This document shows, piece after piece, positions 48,139 to 58,084 of a stretch of DNA of 64,000 bases. A program made the translations under genes and the position numbers. Every line of letters begins with the position of its first letter. Positions within the stretch are counted from its first letter, which is position 1. The DNA is from Pseudomonadota bacterium (lineage in GTDB: Bacteria; Desulfobacterota; Desulfovibrionia; Desulfovibrionales; Desulfovibrionaceae). The stretch covers positions 1 through 64,000 of the forward strand of contig JAHIUW010000023.1 of NCBI GenBank assembly GCA_018816865.1, in the 5' to 3' direction. The notes beneath the pieces are model-generated. The model worked only from the letters and a program-made list of their open reading frames with translations, made no database searches and was not told where the DNA came from.

Positions 48139-49035
48139 TCAGGCGGATAGCATGGACGGCCCACCTCTGACCAGGGCCTGGGCCAGGGCAGAAAGCAGCG
48201 GGGAGTCCAGGTTCCAGCAGTGCCAGGACAGGGTCACGGGCAGGGGATGGTCCGGGGCCAGATCCACCAGCGCCCCGCTCGCAAGTAGTTCGCGGCTTTG
48301 TTGTTCGGGCAGGGTGCCATAGCCCCAGCCGGCTGCGATGACGTTTACGAACTGCTCGGACGAGGGCACGTAATGCGTGGGATAGGGTGTGGGGACTTGG
48401 CCGAAGACGCGTCTCAGGATGACGTTGATGGACTCGTCCACCCGGTTGAAGGTCACGGCCGGGGCCCGGCGCACGGCCTCCATGGTCAGGCCCTGGGGGA
48501 ACCAGCGGTGCGCGAAGCCAGGTGCGGCCAGCAGCCGGTATTCCATGCGGCCCAGGGTCGCCACGCGGCAGCCCTGCATGGGCTCGGCCCGGGCGCTGAC
48601 GCAGCCTACCACATCCCCGTCGCGCAATAGCTTGTGCGTCTCGTCCTGGTCATCCACGCGCAGGTCCAACAGCACTTGGTGCTGATGCACAAAAGGTTGC
48701 ACCGCGGGCAGGAACCAGGTGGCCAGGCTGTCGGCGTTGACGGCCAGGGCCAGGGTCCGGCCATACTCTGCGCCGTTTTTGTCTGCACCGATTTCCGGGT
48801 CCAGATCGCCTTCCAGGAGTCTGACCTGACGGTAGTGCTTGAGCAGTCGGACACCCGCCGCAGTGGGGGTGGGCGGCGCACTGCGGGCCACCAGAATCTG
48901 GCCGGTCTGTTCCTCCAGCAGGCGCACCCGCTGGGACACGGCGGATTGCGTCAGATTGAGGACCCGGGCGGCCCGTTCGAAACCGCCCTCGGTGACCACG
49001 GTCCCCAGGGCTTCGAGCAGTTTGTAGTCGAGCAT
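48139..49035 (-). CDS. argP: LysR-family regulator (ArgP/IciA-like), divergent from argO.
   Basis: HTH FERAARVLNLTQSAVSQRVRLLE; ArgP-like C-terminal domain; synteny with ArgO. Confidence 0.75.
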   Translation of the reverse strand: MLDYKLLEALGTVVTEGGFERAARVLNLTQSAVSQRVRLLEEQTGQILVARSAPPTPTAAGVRLLKHYRQVRLLEGDLDPEIGADKNGAEYGRTLALAVNADSLATWFLPAVQPFVHQHQVLLDLRVDDQDETHKLLRDGDVVGCVSARAEPMQGCRVATLGRMEYRLLAAPGFAHRWFPQGLTMEAVRRAPAVTFNRVDESINVILRRVFGQVPTPYPTHYVPSSEQFVNVIAAGWGYGTLPEQQSRELLASGALVDLAPDHPLPVTLSWHCWNLDSPLLSALAQALVRGGPSMLSA

Positions 49036-49135
49036 GGTTGATTATTAGCAATTCTAATGCAAGATGAAAACTATTCATTTTGCTGTTGTCTGCCTCCGCC
49101 CTAGGATGTCCTCAAACACATCAGGGAGTAGCACA

Positions 49136-49750
49136 ATGGTTTCACCGTATCTTCAGGGCATGGCCGTGGGCGGCGGACTGATCGTGGCCATCGGGGCCCA
49201 GAACGCCTTTGTGCTGACCCAGGCCGTGCGGCGCAAGCATACCCTGGCCATCACCCTGGTCTGTTGCCTGTGCGACGTGTTCTTCATCGGTCTGGGCGTG
49301 ACCGGAGTGGGGGCCGCCGTGGCCGCCAACCCCGCCCTGGCCCAGGCTGCGGCCTGGGGCGGGGCCGTTTTCCTGGCCTGGTACGGCTGGGGGGCGTTTC
49401 GTTCGGCCTTGCGGGGCGGGACCCTGGAGGCCAAGGGCGAGGGTGCCGGTTCCCTTGGCGCGACCCTGGTGGCCTTGCTGGCCGTGACCCTGCTCAACCC
49501 GCATTTCTATCTGGACACCGTGGTCCTCATGGGCAGCATCAGCGGCCAGTTCGCCCCGGATGCCCGGACCCTGTTCGGGGCAGGGGCCATCACCGCTTCG
49601 TGCCTCTGGTTTAGCGCACTGAGCCTGGGTGGGCGCATCCTGGCCCCGGTCTTCGCCCGGCCCCTGGCCTGGCGCGTGCTGGACGGGCTGGTCTGCCTGG
49701 TCATGTGGTCCCTGGCCGTGTCCCTGGTCCGCCCGCAACTGGGGGGTTGA
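49136..49750 (+). CDS. argO: Arginine exporter ArgO (LysE family).
   Basis: MVSPYLQGMAVGGGLIVAIGAQNAFVL typical ArgO N-terminus; AGGGAG RBS. Confidence 0.8.
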   Translation: MVSPYLQGMAVGGGLIVAIGAQNAFVLTQAVRRKHTLAITLVCCLCDVFFIGLGVTGVGAAVAANPALAQAAAWGGAVFLAWYGWGAFRSALRGGTLEAKGEGAGSLGATLVALLAVTLLNPHFYLDTVVLMGSISGQFAPDARTLFGAGAITASCLWFSALSLGGRILAPVFARPLAWRVLDGLVCLVMWSLAVSLVRPQLGG

Positions 49751-49819
49751 GCCAGGGCAATAACTTGCAAGAGGGACTTGCCCAAGGGTAGTATGGTTCA
49801 GCATTGAGAGGAAGAGTCC

Positions 49820-50641
49820 ATGAAACCCCTGCTGAACGTCCATTTTCGGCGCGACGGGGACCTGCCCGGCCTGGAGGTCGCCGAGGTCCGCGAGAGCGCC
49901 CACATCTTCCCCAACCATTCCCATGACCATTACGCCATCGGGATCATGGACAAGGGGGCCAGCTATTGCGTGGGCAAGGGACGCGACGGCACCTGTGTGG
50001 CCAGCGGGCAGGTGGCGCTGATCAACCCCGGACAGGTGCATGCGGGCATGCCCGCCTACGACGGCCGCATCTCCTACCGCATGCTTTACGTCGATCCGGG
50101 CTGGATGCGTCGCTTGGCTCGGGAACTGTGCGATCGTGACGGAGCCGCCCCGGAGTTTCCGCGCTGGGTGGCCCCGGACCCGGTTCTGCATGCCATGCTG
50201 CATCGTCTCTGCCTGCTGGTGGACAAAGGGACCGAGTGCCTGGAAAAGGACTCCGCCATGGTCGGGGCCTTTTCGCGCATGCTGACCGACTGGGGCAACG
50301 TGCGTGACACCCTGCCGGTCAAGGGCCGGGAGCACCGGGCCGTGAGCCTGGTCAAGGAGGTCCTGCGGGCGCGCCTGGGCGAGAAGGTGTCCCTGGACGA
50401 GCTGGCGACCCACGCCGGGCTGTCGCGGTTCTATCTGCTACGGGTGTTCAAGGCCGAGACCGGTCTGGGCCCCCATGCCTTTCACACCCAGCTGCGCATC
50501 GACTGCGCCAAGGGGCTGTTGCTCTCGGGCGCGTCCATCGCGGATGCCGCCTTGGAGTCGGGTTTCTCGGACCAGAGCCACTTCACCAACACTTTCCGCC
50601 GTCTGGTGGGGGCGACCCCGGGCCAGTACCTGTCCCTGTAG
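49820..50641 (+). CDS. AraC-family transcriptional regulator with N-terminal cupin.
   Basis: Cupin HSHDHYAIGI; C-terminal double HTH (LSRFYLLRVFKAETGLGPHAF...HFTNTFRR). Confidence 0.85.
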   Translation: MKPLLNVHFRRDGDLPGLEVAEVRESAHIFPNHSHDHYAIGIMDKGASYCVGKGRDGTCVASGQVALINPGQVHAGMPAYDGRISYRMLYVDPGWMRRLARELCDRDGAAPEFPRWVAPDPVLHAMLHRLCLLVDKGTECLEKDSAMVGAFSRMLTDWGNVRDTLPVKGREHRAVSLVKEVLRARLGEKVSLDELATHAGLSRFYLLRVFKAETGLGPHAFHTQLRIDCAKGLLLSGASIADAALESGFSDQSHFTNTFRRLVGATPGQYLSL

Positions 50642-50934
50642 CGAGGGCGAGTTGTCCGTTCTCCAGCATCTTCCTGTCCCGATTCCCTGAGCCTTGGATC
50701 TTGGCCGAATCTGTTCCCTGGTTATGAGGCCCGGGTGCGGGTGATGGCCCAGTTTTTTGGCCCTGTGCTGCCTGGACGATGTCTTTTGGGGTTGCACTCC
50801 TGGGGATAGACAAGGGGCACTCCAAGGGGCTTCCGGGTCGCTGGAGCAGGGGCACTGGTCTGTGGCTTGGACTGCAATATCCTCCAATACCGGGCCAGGG
50901 GAAAGGTCTAGATAAGACTCAGTGGAGGATATTC

Positions 50935-51867
50935 ATGAGAGAGTTCGCACGTACCCTGTCCCTGGGGCGGCCCGCCGTCCCGAGTCAAACCCTGACCCAA
51001 TGGCTGCCCGTGGCGGCCATCCTGGCCGCCGTGCTGCTGTGGGGCGGGTCGTTTTCGGCCATGAAGCTCGCCGGGCGCGAGTTGGATCCCTGGTCCATGA
51101 TGTGGGCCAGGATGATGGTCGCCCTGATCTGTCTGGCACCCTTTCTGGGCAGGCTCGTGCCCCGGAATTATTCGCCAGGGGACTGGAAGCTGCTGGCACC
51201 GCTGGTGTTGTTCATGCCCTGCCTGTATTTTTATCTGGAGTCCCATGCCCTGACCCACACGACCTCCACCCAGGCCGGGGTGGTCTCGGCCTCGGTGCCG
51301 CTGCTGGTGGCCGCCGGGGCGCGTCTGTTCCTGGGCGAGGCCGTGTCGCGTGGGACCTGGCTGGGACTGGCGCTGTCGGTCTGTGGGGTGGTCTGGCTGA
51401 CCCTGGCGGGCAGTCCGGCCCAGGACGCGCCCAATCCGCTGCTGGGCAACCTGCTGGAGTTGGGGGCCATGGCCAGCGCCGCGGCGTACATGCTGCTGAT
51501 GCAACAGTTGGGCTCGCGCTATAGCCCCTGGACCATCACGGCCATGCAGACTGTGGCCGGGGCGCTTTTCTTCCTGCCCGGGGCCCCGGGTCTGCTGGCC
51601 GCTGCCGGGAGCCTGACCTGGCCTACGGTCCTGGCCGTGCTGTTCATGGGCGCGGGTGCGTCCCTGGTGGCCTTCGGTCTCTACAACTGGGCCATCAGCC
51701 GACTGCGGGCCAGCCAGGCCTCGGCCTACATCAATCTTGTGCCCGTGGTGGCCGTGAGCCTTGGCTGGATCACCCTGGGTGAGGCCTTGAACCCCATGCA
51801 GCTGGCCGGGGCCGGGTGCGTGTTCCTGGGGGTCTGGCTGAGTCAGCGCGGGAGCGTGGGCAGCTAG
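50935..51867 (+). CDS. DMT-superfamily (EamA) transporter.
   Basis: Ten TM helices and two EamA repeats; GGAGG RBS before MREFART. Confidence 0.8.
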   Translation: MREFARTLSLGRPAVPSQTLTQWLPVAAILAAVLLWGGSFSAMKLAGRELDPWSMMWARMMVALICLAPFLGRLVPRNYSPGDWKLLAPLVLFMPCLYFYLESHALTHTTSTQAGVVSASVPLLVAAGARLFLGEAVSRGTWLGLALSVCGVVWLTLAGSPAQDAPNPLLGNLLELGAMASAAAYMLLMQQLGSRYSPWTITAMQTVAGALFFLPGAPGLLAAAGSLTWPTVLAVLFMGAGASLVAFGLYNWAISRLRASQASAYINLVPVVAVSLGWITLGEALNPMQLAGAGCVFLGVWLSQRGSVGS

Positions 51868-52015
51868 GCGTTGGATTGTTGCGAAAGACAAAGCCCTTTG
51901 GTCAAGGCAAAAAAAACAGCAATACCCAAAGACTGCGGCTGCCGGGCGCAAAAGCCGGGTCCGGCCAGTAGGCCAGACCCGGCGGTTCAGGTCTGGGCAA
52001 GGTCCCCTGCAGGGG

Positions 52016-52969
52016 TCAGTCTGCCGTCTCCTTGGCCGGTTCCTCGCTGGTCACGGCCCCGGACTGGTCGTAGAACATGCCGCAACGCAGGTCGAAGTGG
52101 CGGTTGATGCTCATGGTGGGGCAGCTGGCGTTGAGGGCCACTTGGGCCACGGTGGAGCCGAGATAGGCCTCCTCGGGATCCTTTACCTTGCTGTGGTGGG
52201 CCATCAGGATCAGGTCGGCCTTCTTCATCCGGGCGTACTTCAGGATCTCCATGCTGGGCACTCCTTCCCAACATTCGTAGCTGACCTCGTGGATGCCTTC
52301 CAGGCGCGGGCCGAACTCCTGCTCCATGCGGGCCTTGGCCGTGGCGATGCCTTCCTCGATCTCCTCCTGCGAGGGCGTGTCGTGCCCCTGCGGGATATCC
52401 AGGACCGAGAAGACATGCAGGGCCGCCTTGTACTGGCGGGCCAGTTGCCCGCCGTAGCCCACAGCGCATTCGGCCTGGAACGAGAAGTCCGTGGCCACCA
52501 CGATGTTGCTGAACTGCATCCGTTCCTCGGGCACTTCGCGGGCCACGATCATCACCGGGCAGCGGGCCTTCTGGCTGACGCGCTCGATGTTCGAACCGGC
52601 CACGCCCCACATCTTGGCGCGGCGGTGCAGGTCGTCCTTGGTGCAGCAGCCCATGACGATGAGATCCGCATTTCTCTTGCGCGCCAGGCGTAGGACTTCG
52701 GCATGCGGGATGCCCGGAACGACAGTCACCTTGCAGTCCTCGCAATCGGCGAGGTGCTTGGCGTAGTGCTTTTCGATGGCCCCCTTGATCTGGTCCACCT
52801 CACCGGAGGGCATCATGTGTTCGATGGCGCCCCAGCCGTGGGACGGCAGGCCGCAGACATGGATCATTGCCAGGTTGGATTCGTGCTTCTTGGCGAACGC
52901 GAAGGCCGCGTCGGCCGCGCACTGACACACATCGGACGGGGTTACTGCCAAAATGATGTCCTTAAACAT
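52016..52969 (-). CDS. Tandem universal stress protein (two UspA domains).
   Basis: Two Usp folds, each with an ATP-binding G-x2-G-x9-G(S/T)-like motif (VMGCCTKDD..., LMAHHSKVKD...GSTV). Confidence 0.8.
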   Translation of the reverse strand: MFKDIILAVTPSDVCQCAADAAFAFAKKHESNLAMIHVCGLPSHGWGAIEHMMPSGEVDQIKGAIEKHYAKHLADCEDCKVTVVPGIPHAEVLRLARKRNADLIVMGCCTKDDLHRRAKMWGVAGSNIERVSQKARCPVMIVAREVPEERMQFSNIVVATDFSFQAECAVGYGGQLARQYKAALHVFSVLDIPQGHDTPSQEEIEEGIATAKARMEQEFGPRLEGIHEVSYECWEGVPSMEILKYARMKKADLILMAHHSKVKDPEEAYLGSTVAQVALNASCPTMSINRHFDLRCGMFYDQSGAVTSEEPAKETAD

Positions 52970-53091
52970 GTCGATACCCCCTTTGCTCAGGGTTTGCCTC
53001 GGCCGCTGCCCGGACATACCGGGCGATGATGACCCGCCGGTTGGGTGCGCATCCCTTCCGGCAGGCCGCCCCGCAGGGCAGGGATTCGCGG

Positions 53092-54063
53092 TCAGTCGGC
53101 CTCGCCGATCGCGACTCCTTCCTCTTCGGGCACGGGCGGCGGTGGCGGCCCGGCCGTGAACTTGTCCATGAACCCGCGGGTCAGCGCCAGGTTCTTGTCG
53201 AGCATCAATTCATGTCGCGACAGGCCCATGGCCAGCCCCAGCAACTGGGGCAGATAGAGGATGGTCATGGGCTCGCGGATCCCGGCCTGCTTCTGGAAGC
53301 TCTCCAGGTTCATCTGGCACATGGGGCAGACCGTAACGATGGCATCGGCCCCTGTGGCCGCGTCCAGAACCTCTTGGATGCGCGGCAGGGCGGCGGCGCG
53401 GTGCGTGGTGGCCAAGGAGGCCCCGCAGCAGCGTGCCCCCTTGTCCCAGGTGTGGATGTGTGCGCCCGTGGCCGTGAGGATGGCCTCCATGCTCACGGGA
53501 CGTTCCGGATCGTCGAACTGGGCGTAGGGCCGCAGCGTCTGGCAGCCGTAATAGGGCGCGAGGGAAAAGCCCTCCAGGGAGTGGCTGATCTGCCCGGCGA
53601 TGGCGTCTGGCCCCACGTCGAAGGCCAGCACGTCCAGCAGGTGGCGGACCTCGGTGAAGTTCTCCCAGGTCAGACCCTCGGCCAGGAGGACCTCCTCCAC
53701 CCGGGCGGAGAGTGCGCGGTCGGCGCGGGCCTCCTCGCGGGCGGCCAACAGGTTCAGATAGCAGGCGCTGCACGGGGCCAGGACGTCGCGTCCGGCCAGA
53801 TCGCGCTCGGCCAGGGCCAGGTTGCGGGCGGGCAGGGCAAAGGCCAACAACTCGCTCACGGCCTGACCGGCGCTGGCTCCGCAGCAGGTCCAGTCCGGGA
53901 TATCGACCAAGTCCGCACCCAGGCGCGCAAGCAGCGCGCGGGTGCTGGCGTCGAATTCCACGGCCGTGCCGGTCAAGGAACAGCCGGGGTAATAGGCGTA
54001 CTTGATCTGCTTCTTCATGCCCCTGCTCGTTTCGCTCTGATCGTGCTTTTGCTTTGTCATCAT
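53092..54063 (-). CDS. hdrB: Heterodisulfide reductase subunit B (two CCG domains).
   Basis: YYPGCSL...WTCCGAS and YYGCQTL...CCGASL; ATGATGA overlap with hdrC. Confidence 0.85.
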   Translation of the reverse strand: MMTKQKHDQSETSRGMKKQIKYAYYPGCSLTGTAVEFDASTRALLARLGADLVDIPDWTCCGASAGQAVSELLAFALPARNLALAERDLAGRDVLAPCSACYLNLLAAREEARADRALSARVEEVLLAEGLTWENFTEVRHLLDVLAFDVGPDAIAGQISHSLEGFSLAPYYGCQTLRPYAQFDDPERPVSMEAILTATGAHIHTWDKGARCCGASLATTHRAAALPRIQEVLDAATGADAIVTVCPMCQMNLESFQKQAGIREPMTILYLPQLLGLAMGLSRHELMLDKNLALTRGFMDKFTAGPPPPPVPEEEGVAIGEAD

Positions 54064-54623
54064 GGTTGGCCCTCCATCTCGGCGGCCTTGTGGAACAACG
54101 GCTCCAGGCTGGTCACCTCGGGTGCGTGCGGGGCGGTCAGGTGCACCTTGCCCTTGGCCATCAGCTTCAGGCCCAGGGGTGCGAATTGCATGGCCAGGGC
54201 GGGGCTCTTCATGGCCAGGAACCAGCGCTGCATCAGTTCGGTCTCCTGCACGCGGCCGTGGCGGCGTACGTTGTCCATGAAGGTCCGGTAGAAGGCCCCC
54301 TTGCGGGCCAGGGCCTTGTCGCCGCCCTGGGCCGCGATGCGTTTTAAGGCATTCATGGCCCGGGTCAGAGGCAGGCCGCGCGGGCAGCGCAGGCTGCAAG
54401 AATAGCAGTTGGAGCACAGCCAGAAGGCCGTACTGGCGAAGACCTGCTCCTGTTGGCCCAACAGGGTCAGGCGCCACATGCGCCGGGGGCTCATGTCCAT
54501 GGCCTCGGCATTGGGGCACGAGGCGCTGCACGTCCCGCATTGCATGCAGGCCGAGATCATCTCGCGCACCGGTTCCAGCGCGCTGTGGGGTTCTTGGGTG
54601 ACGAGGATCGCTGTCCTGGTCAT
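54060..54623 (-). CDS. hdrC: Heterodisulfide reductase subunit C (2x[4Fe-4S]).
   Basis: CMQCGTCSASCP and CSNCYSCSLRCP. Confidence 0.85.
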   Translation of the reverse strand: MTRTAILVTQEPHSALEPVREMISACMQCGTCSASCPNAEAMDMSPRRMWRLTLLGQQEQVFASTAFWLCSNCYSCSLRCPRGLPLTRAMNALKRIAAQGGDKALARKGAFYRTFMDNVRRHGRVQETELMQRWFLAMKSPALAMQFAPLGLKLMAKGKVHLTAPHAPEVTSLEPLFHKAAEMEGQP

Positions 54624-54640
54624 GGTTCGCCTCCTGGGTC

Positions 54641-57600
54641 TCAGTTCAGGTCGGACAGGGCCGCGTCGATCTCGCGCATGACCTGGCCGTCCTTGAATCC
54701 GGTGAGCACGCTGGCGCTGTTGGGGCAGACCGCCGCGCATGAGCCGCAGCCCTGGCAGAGTAGTTCGTCCACCACGGCCACCCCCGCCTCCAGGTCCAGG
54801 GACCTCGCCCCGTATGGGCAGGCGGGCACGCAGCGCCCGCAGGTGGAGCACAGGCTGGCGCGGACCTCGGCCTTGATGCGCCCGCCGATGACGGTCTCCT
54901 GGGAGAGGATGCGCATGGACCGCGAGGCCGCGGCCTTGGCCGAGGCGATGGTCTCGGACATGTTGCGCGGGCTGGAACAGACCCCGCACAGGAACACGCC
55001 CTGGCGCAGGAAATCCACGGGCCGCCACTTGGACTCGGCCTCCTGGAAGAATCCGTCGCCATTGAGCGGCACCTGGAAGACCTCGGCCATTTCGTCTGCG
55101 CCTGCGGGCTCCATGCCCACGGACAGCACCAACAGGTCCGTGCTCACGGCGATCTCGCGGCCCAGGATGGGGTCCGTGGCCGTGACCGTGGGCCGATGCT
55201 CGGTATCGAAGGTCACCCGCGGCTTGTCCGTGGGCTCGTAGCGGATGAAGATCACCCCCTTCTTGCGGGCCTGGGTGAAGAAGCGCTCGGCAAAGCCGTA
55301 GCTCATGATGTCGCGGTAGAAGACGTACACGGGCAGGTCCGGGTTGCGTTCCTTCAGGGTCAGGGCGTTCTTCAGGGCCGAGGCGCAGCAGACCCGCGAG
55401 CAGTAGTTGCGGGGTTCCTCGCGGGATTCCACGCACTGGATCATGGACACGCCCGAAAGCGCGCCCGTGTCCAGGGAGCCGTCGTTCAATCCGGCCTCCA
55501 GCTCGCTCTGGCGCAGCACGCTCTTATGCACCCGGTAGCCGTAGGAATCGGGCACGACTTCGCTGGCGCCCGTGGCCAGGATGGTCACCCCGTGTTCCAG
55601 GGTCATGGCTGTGCCCTCGTCCATGGCCACGGCGCTCATGAAGCGTCCGGCCCGACCCAGGGAGAGCATGATCCGCGAGTTGAGGAAGGTCTTGATGTTC
55701 GGGTGGCGCTGGACCTGGTCCACCAGGTCCTCCAGGAAGCCGCGTGCGTCGCCTCCGCCCAGGGTGGTTTGTACGTTCAGGGCCAGCCCGCCCAGTTGGT
55801 CGGACTGTTCCACCAGACAGACCTCGTAGTCCTGGTCGGCCAGGGCCATGGAGGCGGTCATGCCCGCTAGGCCACCGCCCACCACCAGGGCGCGCGGGGT
55901 CACGGGGGACTTGCCCAACAGCGGCGAGGGGTCGGCGTCGGCCAGGCGCACGGCGGCCATGGTCAGGGAAATGTAGACCTCCCGCGCCAGGGCGTCGTCG
56001 GAGCTCATGGCCCCCGGGAAGGTCGGGGTGTAGACGTCCACCACGTCCATGAAGGCTGGGTCCAGGGCGATGCGGGCGCCCAGTTCCCGCAGCCTGGGTA
56101 CGTAAGCGTAGGGCATGCAGGCCCCGATCAGGATGCGGTTGGGCAGATGCTTCTCGGCCAGGGCTTGGATCTCGCCCCAGCCGCCACCGCCGCAGGCATT
56201 GCTGATGGAGGCCACGTGGATCACTGTGGACAGGTCCGCCAGTTGGGTAGCCAGGGCGTCCATATCCACGCGGGCCGTCAGGGTCGGGCAGTCCGTGCAT
56301 AGAGCCACCAGCATTCGGGGCTCCTCGCGGGTCACGTCGCGGTATTCGGGCGCAGGCTCGGGTTCGGCCTCGCGCGGCGGCGAATAGATCTTGTAGGTCC
56401 TGGCCGCGCCTAAGGCTGCGGCCCCGGACTGGATAACCGAGTCGGCGATGTCCCGGGGCTGGCCCATGGCCCCTGCGGCGAACACGCCCAGGCGCGAGGT
56501 GCGTGCAGGCTGGAATTCGCCGGTCAGGGCGAAGCCCGTGTCCAGGGTCTCGATGCCAGCGGCCTCGGCCAGTTCGGCCATCTTTGCCGGGGGCCTGACC
56601 CCGGTGGAGAGCACGAACAGGTCGAAGACCTCGGTCTCGAGCTCGCCCTTGTCGTTCACGTAGCGTACGGGCACGCCCTGGGCGTCTGGGCCAGCCTCGA
56701 TGGAGTGCAGGCGGGTGCGCACGAAGCGCACGCCCTGTTCATGCTCGGCGCGGTCGCGGTAACGCTGGAAGTCCTTACCAAAGGTGCGCATGTCCATGTA
56801 AAAGATGGTGGTTTCGGCCTGGCCAGCGGTGAGACGCTTGGCCAAGAGGGCCTCCTTGATGGCGAACATGCAGCAGATGGACGAGCAGAAATCGGCGTTG
56901 CGGTTCACATCGCGGCTGCCCACGCATTGCAGCCAGCCGATCTTGCGGGCGGGTTGGCCGTCCGGGCGCAGCAGCTGGCCGCCCGAGGGGCCGGTGCCCG
57001 AGCACATGCGCTCGAATTCCACGGCGGTCATCACGCCGGGGATGGTCCCGTAGCCCCAGAGCTGGCCGCCTTTGGCGGGGTTGAAGCATTCGAACCCCGC
57101 GGCCAGGACAACGGCCCCGACTTCCAGTTCGTGGCGGATGTCGGACATCATGCGGATGTAGGTCTTGTCCAGCCAGCGCCCCACCTGCTTGCTCAACGGC
57201 GTGACCAGATAGTCCCTGGCTCCTTCCTCGATCAGGCGTTCGGCCAGGTCCTGCTGCTCCGGGTCGATGATCAGCACGACTCGCAGGTCGGGGTATAGCT
57301 CCAGGCCGCGGCGCATGACCTTCTCGAAATCGATGTCCTGTGCAGTCAGATCCAGGAACAGCAGTTGCGTGGGCGTTGCCTCCAGCAGATCGCGGGCCTG
57401 GTCCGTGGTCAGGGCCGCGTGCGCGGGCAGTTTGATCTTGCCGCACCAGCCGGTCAGTTGTTCCCCTAGCTCCTGGCCCGCTGCGATCAGGATGTGGAAG
57501 TCCGGCCGGGCCTCGTCCTTGAAGTCCACGGCTCCGGTGGGGCAGGCCTCGAAGCAGGCCCGGCAGCGGGTGCAGCGTTCCAGGTCCACTACGTAGCGAT

Positions 57601-58066
57601 TGGGGATGGCGTGGGGCACGGGCAGATGAATGGCCGTGCGCGTAGAGAGTCCCGCATTGAATTCGCTGGGCACGCTCACCGGGCAGACCTTGGCGCATTC
57701 CCCGCAGCTGATGCAGCGCTCGGGGTTGACGAAGCTGGACCGCTGCCGCAGCGTCGCCCGGAACTTGCCCGGGTCGCCGGTCAGCGTTGCCAGTTCAGTG
57801 CCGGTCAGGATGTCGATGTTCTTGTGGAACAGACCTTTGCGCATGCAGAACTGGCTGGAGGCGTCCCGGCTGGTCAGCGGCAGCATCTTGCACATGCCGC
57901 AATGGTCGCTGGGGAATTGGTGGTCGAGTTGGGTCAGGATGCCGCCGATGCCGGGGCGCTTGTCGATCAGCGCCACCTTGTGTCCGGACTCGGCCAGGTC
58001 CAGGGCGGAGCGGATGCCCGCGATGCCGGCTCCGACCACCAATGCTGCATAGTGCTTCCTGTTCAT
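54641..58066 (-). CDS. Giant HdrA-like flavoprotein (HdrL-type): two tandem HdrA FAD/Fe-S modules, an internal MvhD-like domain and a receiver-like insert.
   Basis: Two dinucleotide motifs (VVGAGIAGIRSA, LVVGGGLAGMTAS). Two HdrA Cys clusters (LQCVGSRD...CSSICC, IQCVESRE...CSRVCC). Four ferredoxin CxxCxxCxxxCP motifs. MvhD-like CTDC...ACGGGGW...ACMPYAY. Confidence 0.8.
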   Translation of the reverse strand: MNRKHYAALVVGAGIAGIRSALDLAESGHKVALIDKRPGIGGILTQLDHQFPSDHCGMCKMLPLTSRDASSQFCMRKGLFHKNIDILTGTELATLTGDPGKFRATLRQRSSFVNPERCISCGECAKVCPVSVPSEFNAGLSTRTAIHLPVPHAIPNRYVVDLERCTRCRACFEACPTGAVDFKDEARPDFHILIAAGQELGEQLTGWCGKIKLPAHAALTTDQARDLLEATPTQLLFLDLTAQDIDFEKVMRRGLELYPDLRVVLIIDPEQQDLAERLIEEGARDYLVTPLSKQVGRWLDKTYIRMMSDIRHELEVGAVVLAAGFECFNPAKGGQLWGYGTIPGVMTAVEFERMCSGTGPSGGQLLRPDGQPARKIGWLQCVGSRDVNRNADFCSSICCMFAIKEALLAKRLTAGQAETTIFYMDMRTFGKDFQRYRDRAEHEQGVRFVRTRLHSIEAGPDAQGVPVRYVNDKGELETEVFDLFVLSTGVRPPAKMAELAEAAGIETLDTGFALTGEFQPARTSRLGVFAAGAMGQPRDIADSVIQSGAAALGAARTYKIYSPPREAEPEPAPEYRDVTREEPRMLVALCTDCPTLTARVDMDALATQLADLSTVIHVASISNACGGGGWGEIQALAEKHLPNRILIGACMPYAYVPRLRELGARIALDPAFMDVVDVYTPTFPGAMSSDDALAREVYISLTMAAVRLADADPSPLLGKSPVTPRALVVGGGLAGMTASMALADQDYEVCLVEQSDQLGGLALNVQTTLGGGDARGFLEDLVDQVQRHPNIKTFLNSRIMLSLGRAGRFMSAVAMDEGTAMTLEHGVTILATGASEVVPDSYGYRVHKSVLRQSELEAGLNDGSLDTGALSGVSMIQCVESREEPRNYCSRVCCASALKNALTLKERNPDLPVYVFYRDIMSYGFAERFFTQARKKGVIFIRYEPTDKPRVTFDTEHRPTVTATDPILGREIAVSTDLLVLSVGMEPAGADEMAEVFQVPLNGDGFFQEAESKWRPVDFLRQGVFLCGVCSSPRNMSETIASAKAAASRSMRILSQETVIGGRIKAEVRASLCSTCGRCVPACPYGARSLDLEAGVAVVDELLCQGCGSCAAVCPNSASVLTGFKDGQVMREIDAALSDLN

Positions 58067-58084
58067 GATGCCCCCCGGGGTGCG

